The position numbers were made by a program, and so were the translations under genes. A stretch of DNA of 63,994 bases, filler included, from Fonticula-like sp. SCN 57-25 (taxonomy: Eukaryota): assembly GCA_001724245.1 (NCBI GenBank). It is 4 parts of 4 records of this genome, joined end to end, with 100 filler letters (N's around TTAATTAATTAA, not from the genome) between each part and the next. Parts side by side here need not be neighbours in the genome. Positions count along the whole stretch, not along the records: positions 35,946 to 53,350 come from MEDX01000116.1; 3 more parts are not named here. One strand, given 5' to 3'. The notes under the pieces are model-generated. The model saw nothing but the letters and a program-made list of their open reading frames with translations, made no database searches and had not been told where the DNA came from. Below, piece by piece: positions 38,214 to 50,848 of this stretch (position 1 is its first letter; each line of letters begins with the position of its first letter).

Positions 38214-41141
38214 CTACTCGGCCATATCCGCGTCGCCGTCCTCGTCGACCGCGGCGTCCCCGCGCTTAGTCAGCGCACTGAGCATGTCATTGGCAGAGTC
38301 CCGGCTCGTCTCAAACAGCCTGTACTTGTCGCCATCGGCGGCGTTGTCCTCGTACGCTATTGGTCACCGCAGTCAGCACACACACCATGCACACCGCCGC
38401 GCGCGTACCTTTCGGTGAGCGGTCCATGATGACCTGCAGCTCAGCGTCAGGCAGGATCTCGTCGCCGGGCTGGTTGGCCTGCACGCCGTCGCCCTCGCGG
38501 AAGATCTCCATGAGATCAGCAAGCGAAAGCGCGCCCTCGCCGTTGGTCTTGGGCCCCTCGCGGAACCGACCGCGGTGCATCACAATCTTCTCCAGCTTGC
38601 GCTTGGCATTGGCGCGCTCGAGAATGTACGACTCGATCGTGTTGGCCGTGCAGAAGCGGTAGATGATGACGGGCTTGGTCTGGCCGATGCGGTGCACGCG
38701 GTCCTGCGCCTGAAGGTCGATTTGCGGGTTCTAGAAAAGGACGGTAAGCGCGCAGATCCATAGGAAAGCAGGCCACGTACCCAATCGCTGTCAAAGATGA
38801 TGCACGTGTCGGCCGCCGTCAGGTTGAGCCCAAGGCCGCCTGCGCGGGTACTCAGCAAAAACACGCCAATGCTGGGGTCCGTGTTGAACAGGCGCAGCTG
38901 CTCCTGGCGGTCCGCCTGATGGACGCTGCCATCGATGCGGCAGTAATCGACCTTTCTAATCTCGAGGAATCCCTGGAGGATGTCGAGCATGCGCGTCATC
39001 TGCGAAAAGATAAGCACGCGGTGCCCGCGGCCGAGGAGCGCGGGGAGCAGGCGGTCGAGAAGCAGCATCTTTCCAGAGAGCGCGATAATGTCCTCGTCGA
39101 CGCGGAGCGTCTCGCCGTCCTCCATCGTGGGAAAGTCAAAGAGGTACGGGTGGTTGCACACCTTGCGCAGCTGCATCATCAGGTTGAGAAGGTGCAGCGA
39201 GTTGACGTAGCGCCTGCCGTTATCGGCGTCGTCGGCCGCGGCGGCGCCGTTCGCCTCGCTGCCCTCGACCTCCTCTTCGGCCTTGACGGGGTCCTGGCCG
39301 GACGACCGCCGGCGCCGCGGCTTGGGCGACCACTCCAGCTGCTGCTGCGCCTCAATATGGCGGTGCATGCGGTAGAACGCCGCGTCCGTCATCTCCTTGT
39401 ACTCCTTGCGGTCGGCGGACTTTAAGCGGCCGCTCGACCGGCGGCGCGAGCCGATGCTGCCGGCGTCCGCGACCGCCTCCTCCTCCTCCAGCTTGACGTC
39501 GACGCCGATGCTGCCGGCGTCCGCGACCACCTCCTCTGCCTCCAGCTTGACGTCAACGCCGAGCTCGCCGCTGGCGCTGCCGACGTCGCCCGCGCTCGCC
39601 ACTGTCTCGGTGCTCGCGTTCGCGCTGTCGTTCGAGTCGTTGCGCTCGAGCAGGTAGGAGCGCATTTCGCGGCGCATGCAGATCTCATAGTACTTTACCT
39701 GCAGCGGCGAGAGCGGGCAGTACACGAGGTACTCGCGCTTCTTTGGGAGGTCCTTTTCGACGTCCTGCTTGAGGCGGCGCAGGAGGAACGGCTGCAGGAT
39801 GTGGTGGAGCTTTGAGACGACTTGGTTGGACGACTCGGCCTCGAGGATTCGGTCCTCGCCCTCCTTCTTGTTGACGTCGGAAAAGTCAAACCACCGCTGG
39901 AAGCTCTCGAGGTCGTCAAAGATGTCGGGCAGGAGAAAGTTTAGGAGCGACCACAGCTCGGAGAGGTTGTTTTGCAGCGGCGTGCCGGTCAGCAGCAGGC
40001 GGTTCGCCGACGTGTACGACTTTAGCTCGCGGATGAGGCGGCAGTTGAGGTTCTTGAGGCGGTGGCCCTCGTCGACCACAATGTACTTCCACTTGTACCG
40101 CTGCAGGTGCTTGCGGTCGTTCATGACGATTTCGTACGACGTCACAATCACCGGGAACGAGCTGTTGAGCGTCTTCATCTGCTTGCTGCGCAGCTTGGCG
40201 CGCTCCTCGGGCGTGCCGTGGTACATCAGCGAGTTGACGGTCGGGAGGAAGCGCTTGAACTCGCTCATCCAGTTGGAAATGGTCGACAGAGGGACCACAA
40301 TGAGGAAGGGGCCCCACACGCCGCGCTCGCGCAGGTACGCAAGGAAGGCGATCGTCTGAACGGTCTTGCCAAGACCCATCTCGTCCGCCAAAATGCCATT
40401 CAGGCCGTTCTCAAACAGCGAAACCTATTCAAATACTTAGCCCAAAGTCACAAACACTGATAGGGGCGCACCATCCATTCCATGCCGAGCAGCTGGTACT
40501 CGCGCAGCATGCCGGTGAAAATGGAAGGCTGGCGCTCAGAGGGAATCGCCTGCGCCGCGGGTGCCTCCTCTTCGGGAGCGGCCGGCGCGTCATTATCATC
40601 GAGCACCAGGACATCGTCGTCCTTTTTGTGGCGCTTTGCAATGTCGTCGCTCGAGATGTAGTCGGACAGATCGTACTTGTCGCCCTTGCGCTTGCTCGAA
40701 GAGGTCGACGAGGGGGCCGACTTGGGCGCCTCCGGCTCTGACGAGGCGGCGGGGATCAAGCCGGACCGCGTGCCTAGCGGGGATCACATGGTCAGGGACG
40801 CATCGAACATGCCATTTCTACGAACTGCGCGATGGCGCTTCCTTGGGACGCGCGGCCTCCTTTGTCACCGCGGCGGCTTCCTTGACAACCTTGCGCTCCT
40901 GCTTCTCGCGCTTCTCCTTTTGCTGCTGTTCGAGCTTGTTCGCAAGAAAATTGGAGTAGACCGTCGTCTTGTCGAGCAGGAATTTGAGTCGGTTCATGCG
41001 CTGCTTCTCGACCATGTCGTTGTACTCGGAGGCCACCTCGCGCATCGCCCCCTCCTCAATCTCCACGGTAGATTTGTGCAGCTTGAGCTCCTCCTGCTCC
41101 ATGGCGTCCGTGACGCGAAATTCCTCATCTACTTCCGCCAT
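38214..41141 (-). CDS. HELLS: SNF2-family remodeller, HELLS/Lsh/DDM1/Irc5 subfamily, ~4 introns
   Basis: RLKFLLDKTTVYSNFL, LADEMGLGKT, VDEGHRLKNLNCRLIRELK, LLLTGTPLQNNLSELWSLLNF, QLRKVCNHPYLF, LLSTRAGGLG, HRIGQTKPVIIYR, AKRKLEKIVMHRG. Confidence 0.92.
39450..39562. repeat. 54-bp in-frame tandem duplication inside HELLS
   Basis: Units 39450-39503 and 39504-39557 are near-identical and encode GVDVKLE(A/E)EE(V/A)VADAGSI twice. Confidence 0.9.
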
Positions 41142-41164
41142 CGCTGGCAGCCGTTCCCGATCTT

Positions 41165-41278
41165 TTTCCCGCTTTTTTGACAGCGCCACCAGAGCGCATC
41201 AAAGCCTAAAGACAGGTCACGTGCCAATTTGCAGTTTTCATCATGAAATTTGAATGACCGCAACGCCGATTTTCGCGC
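41165..41278. promoter_or_regulatory. E2F-type sites and an E-box in the HELLS/ACF1 divergent promoter
   Basis: TTTCCCGC 41165-41172, GTCACGTG 41216-41223, TTTCGCGC 41271-41278. Confidence 0.55.
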
Positions 41279-41345
41279 CCGAATTCGGCCGGCGACTCGT
41301 TTGGTTTTCTTTTCGTTCGTTTGTGGCCCGCACAGCCGACACGCC

Positions 41346-44122
41346 ATGCCGCTGATCAAGCGCACGGCGCTGCCGTTGGTCACCTTTGACCCCGCAGAAC
41401 ACAACGTGTCGCCGACGGACTATGTGTACCAGATGCGGTTCACCGGCGAGATTTTCACCGATTACGAGTACGCCCTGCCTCGATCGCTGCTTTGCATGCC
41501 CCCGCGATGCTTGCACAGTGAACTGACTTTTGCCCCGGTAGTCAATACCTGGCGCGCCTGAGCTTGTACCGGGAGCGCAACTGGTCCTGCGCTCGCACGG
41601 GCCGATCGGGACTCTCGTACGAGGAGGCGCTGGTGAGTGAGCAGACATCGCTGCCGACCGTCGAGACGCTGCCCTTTAGCATCCAGGCTGCTATGCTGCC
41701 GCTGATCCACTACTGTACGCGTGATATCCCTGCCTTGCGTGTATGTTTGCGCGGCTGCTAAGACTCTACCCGCAGCTTCGACGGACGTAAAGGCGCTTGT
41801 TCAGACGACGTTCCACACGCTCATGGAGCGGTTTGCGGTCGGCGAGCACGTGGATGCGGTGATCGACGGGCGCACCTACATTGTAGAGGTGCTTGACTCG
41901 ACGCCCTCGACCACACAGGAGGCCGACGGCGTTGTTGGATCGAATATCATCAAGCAGGATGTTGCGGCTCCGCCCGCCCGCCGCCCCGGCACGCTCACTG
42001 ACCCCATCGCGGAAAGTAACTTTTACATCCGTATTGTGGCGGTGCCGCGCAAGGCAGAGTTGTCCGCAAACTCGACGCATCTCGTCATTGGCAAGACGCT
42101 ATAGTACGCGCCCCTGTCGGCCATATTACAATATGTGTCTAATGCCGCCCTCTAGCCGCCGCCGTGGCTCAATCTCGCGCGACATTATCAAGCGCTTCAT
42201 CCGCGACACCTGCACGCGCGACAACTGGGTCGGAAGCCCCTTTGTCGCACAGCCAGAGTACGTGGAAAAGTTTGGGCTTGCCACGGCGCCGCCACCAGAG
42301 CTCGCCGAGCTGGTCGCCCGCCACGATGCCAAGGTGCGACTTTGGCCGCCGCCGCCTACGTGCAGTGCATTAATCAAATTTTGTCTTGCAGAAGGACCAC
42401 GCGAAGGAAAAGGACGAGAAGAAGCGCGTGCGCGAGGAGCAGAAGGAGGAGCGCAAGAAGCAAAAGACTGAGGAAGTCAAGGTGCCGCGCGGTACGCCTC
42501 GTTGTGATTGTTTTCTATCTACTGACGAGCCGGCGTACCAGTACAATATCCCATCGAGGACGATATTGCGCCGCGCGACGACTCACTCGGCCCGCGCCCC
42601 GAGCCCCAGTCCGAATTCAGCCTTTCCCAGGACCGCATCGCCGACCTGCTCGGCATCTGGGTGTTTTTGCAGGCCTTTGCGTACGATGTGGTCATTTATT
42701 GTCATCGGTGCTGACAAACAATTCATAGGAAACCGCTGCAGCTGTCGCCTTTCGGCCTTGATGATCTGGAGAATGCGCTGCGGTACACGGGGAACGACTG
42801 CAATATTGTTCACGAGATGCACATTGCGCTGCTGAGGATGGTGGCGCGCAGCCAGGAGGGCATGGATGAGGAGGTTGCCCTGTCGACGGCAAAGCTTCCG
42901 CGCACGATTGACGCCCTGAACTGGGTGGATGCGCTGCGCGCTTGCGTCGTGGAGGCGAGCGCCGACGACCCGCTCATGGCCTCGCTCGCCGACAAAGTGC
43001 GGACGTCGTACGACACGCTGCCGCTTAATTCCAAGATTGCCCTTTTGTTACTGCTTATCGGGGCGTGCACAACAGCGCCGGCCATCCGGTACGTTACTTT
43101 TTATTGGCGCAGACATTGTTGCTGACGCTGTGTGCGATAGCGAGTACATGGACGAGTGCGACGAGGAGGCGACAGAGATCGCCCGCCAAAAGCGCCAGCT
43201 CGAGCGCGACCACCGCAAAGCGTGCGCCCGCCTTTGGAAATTACAATCGGTGAATACTAAACGAGGTTCTATCAGTGCGAGGGAATTCCAGGCGCAGAAC
43301 GGCGAGGAGGCAAAGACGGACGAAGACGGCAAGGATGACAAGTCGGACGAGGAGGACGGTGACGCGGCCGACGACGACGGCGCCGAGAGCGATTCGACCG
43401 TGAACACGGACGCCGAGGAGCCGTCGCGGCACGGCCGGGCAGAACGCCTTCGGTACGCACTTTGACCTCCTTTCTGGCTATCACTGACGGCGTTTTTGCG
43501 TGCAATAGTGTGCAGACGCTCGCGCGGCAGGCCGAGGAGCGCCGTCGGCAGGCAGAGTTGGAAAAGGAGCGAGAGGAGATTCGCAAGCGCAACATGGAAG
43601 TGCGCGCGATTCAGGAGACGCGCAAGGCGTTTGAGGTTGAGCAGCGTCAGCGGGAGCGCAAGATCACGCTGCTGGGCGACCAGCTAATCAGCCACTCGGT
43701 TCTGCGCCTCGAGCCGCTTGGTATGGACCGGGAGCGTCGCGCGTACTACTTTGTGGACGGCATCGGCGCGAGCGCCGGCAACTCGTCGGGCGCCGGGCGG
43801 CTCTTTATCTGCGAGAACGGCGCCGAGTGGTCGTACTACGCGTCGCCCGAGCAGGTGGACGAGCTGATCGCCTCGCTCAACAGCAAGGGGATCCGCGAGT
43901 GCGCGCTTAGAAAGGTGCTGATCGAGCACAAGGACCGCATTGCGGCTGCCATGCGGCGCAGGCAAAAGGTGCGATGGCGGGGCGTGGAAAGTGCGCGTTG
44001 CTAACTTTACGGTGTAGGATCTGGTGCAATCAATGGATGAGGACAGCAGGCGCTCGACGCGGCAAAAGGTGGCACAGAAGCGCCTTCCATACATGCAATA
44101 TGTCAACAAATGGCGCGACTAG
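41346..44122 (+). CDS. ISWI accessory subunit, ACF1/BAZ1/Itc1-like (WAC, DDT, WHIM/WSD; no PHD or bromodomain seen), ~10 introns
   Basis: WAC FTGEIFTDYE..YRERNWSCARTGRSGLSYEEALVSE; YPIED; DDT DLLGIWVFLQAF..LQLSPFGLDDLENAL; WSD LEPLGMDRERRAYY..WSYY..VDELIASLNSKGIRE. Confidence 0.88.
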
Positions 44123-44219
44123 CAAGCACAAGGTTGTTTGCAATTCTATTAGCACATTGATTTGAATAATGCGCATATGTAATTTCGTTATGATTAAATA
44201 CAGGATAAGAGTACAAAAT

Positions 44220-47200
44220 CTAGATGCCCTGCGCGATGCGCTCCGCCAAGTCGCGCACCTCCGGCGACACTTCCATGTTTGCGAGCGACGCCACGCGGTT
44301 CCTGACGCGCATGACCTGCAGGGCGTCGACGCTCTGCCGCGCGACGAGCGCTCCGAGCAGCTTGAGCGCTGCCAGTCTCGTGTCGGCCACCGGCGCGTCC
44401 AGGCTCGCGAGCGCAATCTCGCGCGCGCTGTCCATGTCAAAGTCCGCCGCGTCCAGCCGGCAGTAGGCAAAGTGAAAGAGGCTCTGCAGCGTGGCCGCCG
44501 GCGAGCGATCTTGCGCGTCGCGGATGCCGCGCGCGGTCACTGCAAAGAGAACGGACGCGAAGCGGCGCGCGAGGCGGCCAACCACGCGCCGGTCTGAATC
44601 CGAGATGGCGTTGGGCGCGGCGGCATCCCCGGTGGCGCCCAGCACTCTTTTGACACTACGAGCAGAAAAAAGTTAGCCAAACAGATGGAGAAGGCCGACA
44701 AGAAGGAACATTTCCCACGATGAAATAAACCACATATCAACGAGCAAAATCGCTAACAAAAACATCATATAGTACCTTGTGGTGACGGCATGGGCGAGGC
44801 AGATGCGCGCCTGGCACGTCGTTTCAGCGTCGCCGATGAGGACAGCGAGCTGCGCGCTCATATCTTCAACGTCGATGCTGCTTGCCCGCGCGTCAGCAAG
44901 CGCCATCGTCGCCATTGCCTCAATGCTGCCGAGTTGCGCGCGGTGCAGCGAGTCGGACACGTCGCTCGTCTCGACACCCACGAGACGCACGCACGCGTCC
45001 ATCATGTCGGCCAGCCACGGCGCTTCTCCAGCCACGGGCGGCGTTGGCCCGGACAGCACGGCGCACGCGATCGCCAATTGCGGGCGGCACGCGTCCCAGT
45101 TGCTTGAATCGACCGCCGCCGACAGGTCGCTTGCGACGCGCGGCCCGAGCGCATCGTGGGGCCACCTGCCGAGAACGGCCGCCGCCATCTGCCGCACGCC
45201 GGGCGACTCGGAGGCGTCCTGCAGCCGACCCACCAACAGCGCGAGCAGCTCGGATGCGGTGTCGGCGTTGGATGACGCCCACGACGCGAGCGCCGCGGGG
45301 GCGACCATGTTGGCCACGAGGAGCGGCGCGAGCCGGGCAAAGACGGCGGCTTCCAAAGCAGGGCCGGTTGGTGCCGCCGCGCGCGCGCGCTCCGTGACCT
45401 CATTGAGGACGGCGCTGGCGTCCTCAAGCTGCGCGAGGAGCACGGCGCCGACCTGGATGAGCACGGGCTCCTGCGGGGCCGCCCACACCTTAGCCAGCAG
45501 CGCGCGCGACGCGCGGTCGCAAAAGGCGGTGGACCGCGTAGAGTCGCGGCAGCATGCCTGCACAACGTGCACAAAGCGCTGTGCGTCGACAGCGTCGTCG
45601 GGGCGGCGCTCAACGGGGCTGGCCATGCCCAGCAGGTCACCGGGCGAATCAGCGATTGTGACGGCGGCGTCCGCTTCCGCGCCGCCGCCCGCGACAATGT
45701 CGCGCGCCACGTCCAGAAAGACGGAAAAGCTCTTTGTGTCGCTCGCTGGGGAGAGCAGCGTCTCGACCATCGTCTCGAGCGCCGCGCTGCGCGTGCGCGC
45801 GTCGGCGTGCGACAGCATCGCGGCGATCCGAGGGAGCACCGCGGCCGGGTCCATCCGCGAAAAGGCCTGTGCGGCGAGTCGGCGGATCTCGAGGTCGTCG
45901 CCAGAGAGGCGCGCAAAGAGATGGTCGCGGAGCAGCGGTGCCGCCTCGGAGGCTGTCAGGACAGAGGCGTCCCGAGTCGCCACGTCGTTCAAAATGTACA
46001 GAGCGTTGGTGCGCCGCGCCGCCTCGGACGCGTCGAGGTGCTCAAAGAGGAGCGGGATCGTCGACGCAGGGTGGCGAAGAACAATATCGGCCAAAAGACC
46101 TGTCGAAAATGTCGATGCAGTGTCGGTCGACGACTCGCTCAGCAGCGCCTAAAATGGAATGCAAGTGAGCGACGCAAAACGAGGGAGTGGCCTGCGTACA
46201 GCAAAGTAGCGAAACGTGTCAACAGGGTCGCCCCCGCCCAGCTCGGAGCGCTGCAAGAGCGTTTCGCGAAGGAAGAGGTAACAGCTCCGAAGGCCCTTAC
46301 CGTACGGCTGTGACATCAGGCCGCCGGCAAGCTCGAGGACGCGCGCCTCGTGAACGGCGAGCAGTTCGGCCTTGTGCTGGTGCTGCTGGCCCACGGCGAG
46401 CGCTGCCAAAACAAGCTGCACCGACGCGTCCAAACTCGTGAGCGCCATAATGTCGTTTAGGCGCGACTGCATTTCAGAGACGGGCCCAATGGCACTCGCG
46501 GATGGCAAGAGCACTGCCGTGTTCCTGATAAGCGTCGCCAGGGCGTCACAGACGGGCGCAGGCAGAGCATCGCCAGCGGCAAGTAATGAGTCGCCGTTCT
46601 TTAAAAGAGAAGCAATGTCTGTCAAAGCAGCCTCCATGAATGGCCGACGGGACCGATCGTTCCACGAGAGCTCAAGCTCGGCGATGCCGCGAACTGTTGC
46701 GCACGTCGAGGCAACAAAGTCGGCATCGCTCGCGTCCGCACGGCGCCCGATCAGCACAAGCAGCAGGTCGGCGCATGCAAGCGCAAGCTTTGTAGGAATC
46801 TATGGTCCGCGTTAGCTTGAGTGTTAATGCCATGAGGCTCGTACCGCACGCCCTTGGTCATCCTTGGATCCCGAAGCTTGTGCCCTTTCTAGCAGTGGCG
46901 TGTAGAGCAAACGCATCGACGCAAGGACGTCTTCGCCACGAACAACATCCGGCAATAAACGACACAGCTTGAGCATTAGCGTGCGGTCAGTCGCAATCGT
47001 CGACTGGAAAACGGCCGCGGCACCGCTAGCGAGCAGGTTCCCGCCATCCTCACTCGCGAACCATTGTAGGTGAGACTTGTCGGCGACTATGAGCGGTCGC
47101 AGCACCTCGGCAGCAAAGCTAGCACCCTGCCTTGCATGCTCAGCAACAGCCGCGCGTGCCTCTTTTTGGCTCGCCGCACTCGCTGGCGGCGCGCGCAGGA

Positions 47201-47225
47201 CACCGAGCGCGGTGGCAAGGTGCAT
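44220..47225 (-). CDS. ARM/HEAT-repeat protein of unknown function, ~3 introns
   Basis: HEAT-like repeats (DDLEIRRLAAQAF, DARTRSAALETM, SPGVRQMAAAVLG, DTRLAALKLLG, SPEVRDLA); ORFs are joined by GT-AG introns. Confidence 0.75.
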
Positions 47226-47288
47226 GGTTGCCGCCAACTGGAATGCTGACAGTTCGTTTTGGTTTGTTGCGGTGGTGGTGTGACGGCG

Positions 47289-48957
47289 ATGCCGGGCGAG
47301 GCCGTCGGAGGGGGACGGTTCGGTTCCAATGGCCTGGGGCACTTTGCCTTGGGCGCCGCAGACTATCCGCTGGGTAGTTTGCCGCACAAGAGAACACCAG
47401 AGTCATTTTACGCGCTGGCGGTGCAGGCGGCGGCCGATCTGCAGGAGAAGATTGCCAGAGCGACCCAGCCTATCGGTGCCCTGCCGATCGCTGGCGGCAT
47501 GCCGATGAACTGGCCGCTGGCCGCACCGATTCATGCATATTCCAATGGCAGTGCATTGCCTGTGGCGATGCCAACAGAGAGTGCACCTACGGATGCTGAT
47601 GTTGTGCCGCGGGCTGATTTCGATGCGATCTTGTCCGACCAGGAGCTGCTCTTTAACCAACTGGATGCCGTGACGCTTCAATTAACCGACACCCAGCGTT
47701 TGCTACAGGCCAAGGTGGAAGAGCTGTCGCGCGTTCGGGAGGAACATGAGCTTTCGATCGGCGTGCTGAGCAGGCGGCATCGTCGGGAGGTCGACGAGTT
47801 GGAATCGAGGTTTGCACATCTTGGCGAGGCACAAGGCACCGCGCCTTTGGAACGGGAATTGCACGACGGCGCGGAAGACGACGCGGCAGACAACGCGCTT
47901 ATTCACGCGCGGTGCATTTCCGAGCTAGAGGGCCTGCGCGAGGCGCACGCTGCGGAGATTGCAGCACTGCATAAGGTCTTGAATGGTACCAGCCTGATTG
48001 CTTTCAGCTAGAGGTACTCACACAGCCTATTTAGATAAACCGACCGAGGAGGCAAAGACGATAGAGCCAATAGACACCCTGCGCGTTGCTCACGACGAGG
48101 AGCTTGCGGCCGTCACTCAGCAACGAGACGCGGCTCTGGCGGATGCCGCGGAATGCAGAGCTCGGATACAGTTCCTCGAGGCGCAGGCGGCAGAGCAAGC
48201 CGAGCGCGCTTCAGAGACTGAAAAGTGTACGTTACTGCCTTTGGTGTTACGATTTTTAATTATTCCTTTTGCAGTGCTGATTGAGCAGCTAGAAAGCCAA
48301 TCGACCGAACTTGACGAGCTTCGCGACCACTACGTGCGTCTCAACGGCGTTCACAAGCAGCTTTTAAAGGGCGACCCGGCTGTGGCCGCGCAGCACAAGG
48401 CGGAAAAGGACAAGCTTGCGTCGTCCGTGGCCAAGCTTCAAGCAGAGCGCCTTCAGCTCCAGCGCGACCTGAGCGAGCTGCAGCGGCGGCACGACACGCA
48501 GCGCGCCAGCTTTCAGACGCTCGAGACGCAGCTGCGCGTCGCGAACGCGACCCTGCTGTCGCGCAACACTTCCCCGGAAGCGTCCGTCCCGACGCAGCGG
48601 CGAGTGACGCACGACGACCCGGACAGCGAGGCGGCCTCTTTGTCGCAGCAGCTGCGCGAGCAGGCCGAGGTAAACGCGCGTCTCAAGGCGCTGCTCGTGG
48701 CCGTGGGCGTCAGCGGGGGAGTGGCGCCGTCGGCGTCGGCCTCGTCGCTGCAGGTGGACGAGCTGGCCAGCATGACGCAGCAGCGGGTGCAGCAGGACAT
48801 GGAGATGGAGAAGGAGCTCGAGCGCATCCGCGAGCGTTCGGACAGGGTCGACCAGCTGATCGAGGAGCGTGACGCGTGGAAGTCGTCCACGAGAAAGCTC
48901 GAGGAAATGGTGCTCACGCTCTCCAAAGAGTGCCAGGCGCTGCGTGCGCAGCAGTAG
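47289..48957 (+). CDS. Long coiled-coil protein of unknown function, 2 introns
   Basis: Heptad-rich E/Q/L/R composition over most of its length; codon usage matches neighbouring genes. Confidence 0.7.
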
Positions 48958-49180
48958 GCGTGGCGCCTCTAATGATACATTTTTGGTTCGCATGTACTGT
49001 ACTTTTACGCAAGTTGTTGTAAATACTCTATTAATGCATAGACAAGTGGTGGGTAAGGCGTAGATACAATGTGAATTGATAACGGTATCCACTCTAGAGG
49101 AGAATGCGGCACTGAGAAAATCGCACATCCGAAAAAGGAAAGGAGGTCTATAGGCCCGATATAGGCCCGGATCCACCGGG

Positions 49181-50476
49181 TTATGTGTAAATCGGCTTAA
49201 TGTCGCTGACAAGCGGGGCGTATTCGTCCGCGCTCGCGCTGTTGATAGTTCCGTTGTGGACGGCGCCGCTGACATCGCGAGGTACGTCCTTGACGTCCGA
49301 ACCGTATGCGTAGTAGAGACCAGAAAGGAAAATGACAATGAAGCCCGCGACGGCCATCATATCGTTCCACTTGTGGAACGTTTCCATGCCGATGGCGAGC
49401 GAGATCGTCCAGACGATAACGACCTGGAAGCTGGCAGTGATCACGGCGCGGCGGTCCGAGCCCATCGTCTCGGCAGTGGCAAGGCCGAAAAGGTCAAAGC
49501 CGGCGACCGCGAACGAGAGACCGATACCGCAACCCCACAGGACGGGGTCCGTGAAGTAGATCGCGAGATCTTCGGCGAAATCGCCCCACGGGTTATCCGT
49601 CCGCGCGTGAAGGTACGTCCAGGGGAGCTGGAGAATGAGGGCCATCAGGATCGAAACAACGCCCTCAAAGAAGACGAGGAGAGCCTTGTTCACGTGCTGG
49701 TGGCGAAGCTTGCTGCGATCGACGACGCGCTCCTCCACCACGAATTGTCCGGCGTAGCAGAGCTGGGCCACGAGGACGAGCAGCGCACCGACGACTTCCT
49801 TCATGGCGCCCGCGCTGCTGCCGCCAATGTACTCGCGGATGATAACAAGCGAAGCACCAATAATCATGGTGCACGTAGCGATGATCTGCGCCCGCGTCAG
49901 GCGGAAGCCGGGGAAGAAGTAGATGGAGAAGAGGCCGCAAAAGACGACAAGCGTCGCCTTCATCATCTCGGCGGTCGAGGCGGATGTCGCCGTGAGACCG
50001 AGAATAACAAACACTTCGGCAAAGGCGTCAAAGAGCGAAGCAGCAGCAGCGGACGGCACAAAGTCGACCCACGGCGGCGGCGGCTGGGGAGGGACGAGCT
50101 TGGACTTGTACTGGTAAAAGGCGAAAATCGAGCAAAGCTGACCCAGACCCATCTGGAACAGCTGGATAAAAGGCTGGTGGAAGTTTTCGCCACCCTCGCC
50201 ATCTCCGCTGTCGAGGAGCGAAAAGCCCTCGGTGGGAATCACCGTGGCGGGGATGCTGTGGGGATCAGTGCAGTTACGAATGCAGTGCTCATCTTGAACC
50301 TTGATCAAAAGCGTCATTCCAGCACCGCAGATCACAAGGCAGACAGTCACGACGACCTTGAAGAGCAGCGTCGACTCGTTCATACCCGCGCCATGCTTTT
50401 TGTGCTCCAGCTCTGTGGGGCTCTGGAACTCTTGCCCTCTTTCCTCGCCAATGTAATCCCGGCTAGCATGATGCAT
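49181..50476 (-). CDS. SLC35F6-like drug/metabolite (EamA/nucleotide-sugar) transporter
   Basis: ~10 hydrophobic segments; FHQPFIQLFQMGLGQ, LFDAFA..GLTATSASTAEMMK, AGQFVVEE, VFFEG, VWTISLAIGMETF. Confidence 0.82.
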   Translation of the reverse strand: MHHASRDYIGEERGQEFQSPTELEHKKHGAGMNESTLLFKVVVTVCLVICGAGMTLLIKVQDEHCIRNCTDPHSIPATVIPTEGFSLLDSGDGEGGENFHQPFIQLFQMGLGQLCSIFAFYQYKSKLVPPQPPPPWVDFVPSAAAASLFDAFAEVFVILGLTATSASTAEMMKATLVVFCGLFSIYFFPGFRLTRAQIIATCTMIIGASLVIIREYIGGSSAGAMKEVVGALLVLVAQLCYAGQFVVEERVVDRSKLRHQHVNKALLVFFEGVVSILMALILQLPWTYLHARTDNPWGDFAEDLAIYFTDPVLWGCGIGLSFAVAGFDLFGLATAETMGSDRRAVITASFQVVIVWTISLAIGMETFHKWNDMMAVAGFIVIFLSGLYYAYGSDVKDVPRDVSGAVHNGTINSASADEYAPLVSDIKPIYT

Positions 50477-50848
50477 GGCCGAGATCTAGCCTGCAAAAAG
50501 ACGAGCGAGCGAGATCAAGTTTCGAATAGGAGAGAAGGAAGAAGCCGATCAAAAGGCAAAGGAGCGTTGCGTCACTCTAGGGCTCCAACCACCCGGGGCG
50601 TAGGGGTCCAAGTCGGTGTGGACGTGTATTTGATTAGGGCTTATCACAAGAAAGAAAATCCTTGCAGATCACCATTGTGTCAAATGACCGGCCTTGTGGC
50701 CCTACGCCACAAGGCCCTACCCCGCTTCCACCTTCCTAATTTGGACGATTACCGCTTTTCAAACAACATTGCAGCAACATTGCCGAAGTAAGGCGTGTGA
50801 CCATCCCAATCAGCCCCAGACTCGGACGAGCTGTGCACAGGCCGAGGG

